Shown here: piece by piece, positions 60,912 to 64,000 of the stretch
How the letters are laid out: the number at the start of each line of letters is the position of its first letter
How positions within the stretch are numbered: the stretch's first letter is position 1
From: Takakia lepidozioides
Lineage: Eukaryota; Plantae; Bryophyta
DNA: 64,000 nt
Assembly (NCBI GenBank): GCA_030704615.1
Contig: CM060733.1
Coordinates: 41,664,001 to 41,728,000, forward strand
Direction of reading: 5' to 3'
Made by a program: the position numbers and the translations under genes
Notes under the pieces: model-generated
What the model saw: only the letters and a program-made list of their open reading frames with translations
What the model was told of the DNA's origin: nothing
Database searches by the model: none

Positions 60912-63575
60912 CATTACAGAGAGGCCCCTGTGTGCACGATTTTCACATGAAAAAAACAATGACAAGGGGGCTCAAACAGTGTGCGTCAACGCACACTGTT
61001 TGAGCTGCCACGTAAGTTTGGATTGAGCCTGACAGAGATGCCATTTGTGGCCGTTTTGAACAAGAAAAACAAGGCAAAAAGCAAAGCAAAATGGGGGTTC
61101 AAACAGTGTGCGTTGCCGCACACTGTTTGAGCTTCCAAGTGGGGGTGGAATGAACCTTACAGAGAGGCCCCTGTGTGCACAATTTTCACATGAAAAAAAC
61201 AATGACAAGAGGGCTCAAACAGTGTGCGTCAACGCACACTGTTTGAGCTTTGACAGAGATGCCATTTGTGGCCGTTTTGAACAAGAAAAACAAGGCAAAA
61301 AGCAAAGCAAAATGGGGGTTCAAACAGTGTGCGTTGCCGCACACTGTTTGAGCTTCCAAGTGGGGGTGGAATGAACCTTACAGAGAGACCCCTGTGTGCA
61401 CGATTTTCATATGAAAAAAACAATGACAAAGGGGGCTCAAACAGTGTGCGTCAACGCACACTGTTTGAGTTGCCACGTAAGTGTGGATTGAGCCTGACAG
61501 AGATGCCATTTGTGGCCGTTTTGAACAAGAAAAACAAGGCAAAAAGCAACGCAAAATGGGGGTTCAAACAGTGTGCGTCAACGCACACTGTCTGAACTTC
61601 CAATAAGGGGTCATTTGAACTTAGCATAGTGGCTATGAGTGGCCGATTTTGAAATCAAAAAACAGGCACTAAAGGGGGCACACAGTTTGAGCTTCCCAAT
61701 AGGGGTGGAATGAACCTTACAAAGAGGCCCATGTGTGCACGATTTTCAAATGAAACAAACAATGAGAAAGGGGGCTGAAATAGTGTGCGTTCCCGCACAC
61801 TGTTTCAGCTTCCAATAAAGGGTGGATTGAACATGCCAGAGTGGCCCTTTGTGCGAGAATTCCACACCAGAAAACAAGGCAAAGGGGGGCTCAAATAGTG
61901 TGCGTTGACGCACACTGTTTGAGCTGCCACTTAAGTGTGGATTCAGCCTGTCAGAGATGCCATATGTGGCCGACTTTTACATGAAGTACACAATGAGAAG
62001 GGGGGCTCAAACAGTGTGCGTTGACGCACACTGTTTGAGCTGCCAGCTAATTGTGGTTGTACCTCAAAAGACATGCCCTATGTGGCCAATTTTAACATAA
62101 AACAAACAATGAGAAGGGGGGCTCAAACAGTGCGCGTTGATGCACACTGTTTGAGCTGCCACTTAAGTGTGGATTCAGCCTATCCAAGATGCCATTTGTG
62201 GTCGATTTTTACATGAATTAAACAACAAGATGGGGGGCTCAAACAGTGTGCGTTGATGCACGCTGTTTGAGCTGCCAGGATATTGTGGTTGAACCTCAAA
62301 AGAGATGCCCTATGTGGCCAATTTTAACTTGAAACACACAATGAGAAGGGGGGCTCAAACAGTGTGCGTTGACGCACACTGTTTGAGCTGCCAGGATATT
62401 GTGGTTGAACCTCAAAAGAGATGCCCTATGTGGCCGATTTTAACTTGAAACACACAATGAGAAGAAGGGCTCAAACAGTGTGCGTTGACGCACACTGTTT
62501 GAGCTGCCAGTTAATTGTGGTTGTACCTCAAAAGACATGCCCTATGTGGCCGATTTTAACATGAAACAGACAAAAACAAGCGGGGCTCAAATAGTGTACG
62601 TTGACGCACACTTTTTGAGCTGCCACTTAAGTGTAGATTCAGCCCGTCCAAGATGCCATTTGTGGTCGATTTTTACAAGAATTAAACAACGAGATGGGGG
62701 GCTCAAAGAGTGTGCGTTGACGCACACTGTTTGAGCTGCCAGGTACTTGTGGTTGAACCTCAAAACAAATGCCCTAAGATTGCAAATTTGGACATGAAAC
62801 AAACAATGAGAAGCGGGGCTCAAACAGTGTGCGTTGACGCACACTGTTTGAGCTTCCAGGCAAGTGTGGATTCAAACTGCCTGAGTGGCCCTGTGTGCAC
62901 GATTTCCGCACCAAAAACCAAGGAAAAAGGGGGGGCTAAAACGTTGTGCGTTGATGCACACTGTTTGAGCTGCCACGTAAGTTTGGATTGAACCTGACAG
63001 AGATGCCCTTTGTGGCCGATTTTAACATGAAAACATTATGTCGAGTGGGGGCTCAAACAGTGTGCGTTGCCGCACACTGTTTGAGCTTCCAAGTGGGGGT
63101 GGAATGAACCTTACAGAAAGGCCCCTGTGTGCACAATTTTGATATAAAAAAAAGAATGAGAAGGGGGGCTCAAACAGTGTGCGTTGCTGCACACTGTTTG
63201 AGCTTCCAAATAGTGGAGGATTGAACCAGACAGACATGCCCGTTTTGGGGCCGATTTTCGTATCAAAAAACAAGCACAAAGTTGGGGCTCAAGCGGTCGG
63301 CGTTGCCACACACTGTTTGTGCTTCTTAATACGGGTGGATTGAACCAGAGAGAGATGCCGTATGTAGGCAATTTTCATATAAAAAATACAAGCACAATTG
63401 GGGTCTGAAACTGTGTGCGTTGCCGCACACTGATTGACATTCCAGTCAGTGGTGAATTGAACCAGACAGAGAGGCCCAAAGTGGCCGATTTTCACATCAA
63501 AAATGAAGCACATATGTGGGTCTCAAGCAGTGTGCGTTGCCGCACTCTGTTTGAGCTTCCAAGTAGGTTTGGACA
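60912..63575. repeat. Tandem array of ~23 units (~116 bp), each with a 36-bp near-perfect palindrome GCTCAAACAGTGTGCG-TTGA-CGCACACTGTTTGAGC
   Basis: Palindrome starts at about 60970, 61097, 61213, 61318, 61435, 61562, (61678 partial), 61774, 61889, 62005, 62121, 62237, 62353, 62469, 62585, 62701, 62818, 62935, 63051, 63168, 63286, 63402, 63520. Confidence 0.95.
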
Positions 63576-64000
63576 TCACTTGTACCTTTTTCTTGGCTGC
63601 TCCAGAAGACTCCCCAATTGTCGGAGACCCTTTGCGCTTTGGACTGCTCTCTACGCCGACCATGTTCTGGAGCATCTCCCCCATCCTCTTTTCCACTATC
63701 TGGTTCTTCGTGAGGCCAGCATCAACATCATCTTCGGCGTCCGTCTCTCCCTCGGATGCAGTCTCCTCCTCACCAATTCTTGGAAGTATGGCGGGCTGTT
63801 GTTCTTCTCCAGAATCTTGCTCTTCCATCGCCAGACTTTCCTCTTTGCCCTCTTCTTCCTCCTTTTCCTCTTCGTCTACTCTTTCCATCCTCATTCTATA
63901 TCTGGCTCTATTCTTGTCCCTAGTGCTCGTGAAGTATAATGACTTCCTTCTCTTCCTCCTCCATTGGAAACAAGGGCTCCCCACGCTGCCTCTAGAGCTC
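63576..64000 (-). pseudogene. Acidic ORF fragment paralogous to the N-terminal part of the 55501-56018 gene, running into the palindrome array
   Basis: Shares RKRRKSLYFTS.R...RAR with ORF 55737-56018 but uses different codons. The frame may extend beyond the window edge. Confidence 0.55.

Noticed and set aside
60972-63513. Repetitive small ORFs within the array
   Set aside because: They are by-products of the repeat unit, with frames broken inconsistently between units.
60912-63575. CRISPR array
   Set aside because: The spacers are homologous to each other and ~80 bp long, there are no cas genes, and the context is eukaryotic. It is a palindrome-bearing tandem repeat.

Overview
This is eukaryotic, intron-rich DNA from a land plant, probably a non-seed plant such as a bryophyte (inferred from PLS-type PPR fragments and a half-tRNA-primed Copia). 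All domain calls come from recognising motifs by eye; no searches were run. Bases 1-22 kb hold three host genes: a BPI/LBP lipid-binding protein (+), the RNA polymerase III second-largest subunit (-) and LTV1 (+, head-to-head with RPC2). Bases 23-64 kb are a nested transposon pile: a decayed Copia carrying a hAT MITE and a foreign insert, two copies of a GCM/WRKY-like + MULE-type DDE + SWIM transposase, a second MULE fragment, two CACTA elements with captured OSB-type PDF-motif and PPR cassettes, a LINE remnant and a Ty3/Gypsy element. Main result: removing the 13.7-kb CACTA (TIRs plus ATT target duplication) rejoins the Gypsy pol in frame as protease - DNMT3-like C5 cytosine methyltransferase - RT - RNase H, so this retrotransposon carries its own DNA methyltransferase. 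Right next to it is a second module: a degenerate N6A/N4C amino-methyltransferase-like gene divergent from the GCM-MULE-SWIM transposase, followed by about 23 regularly spaced 36-bp palindromes with a 116-bp period.
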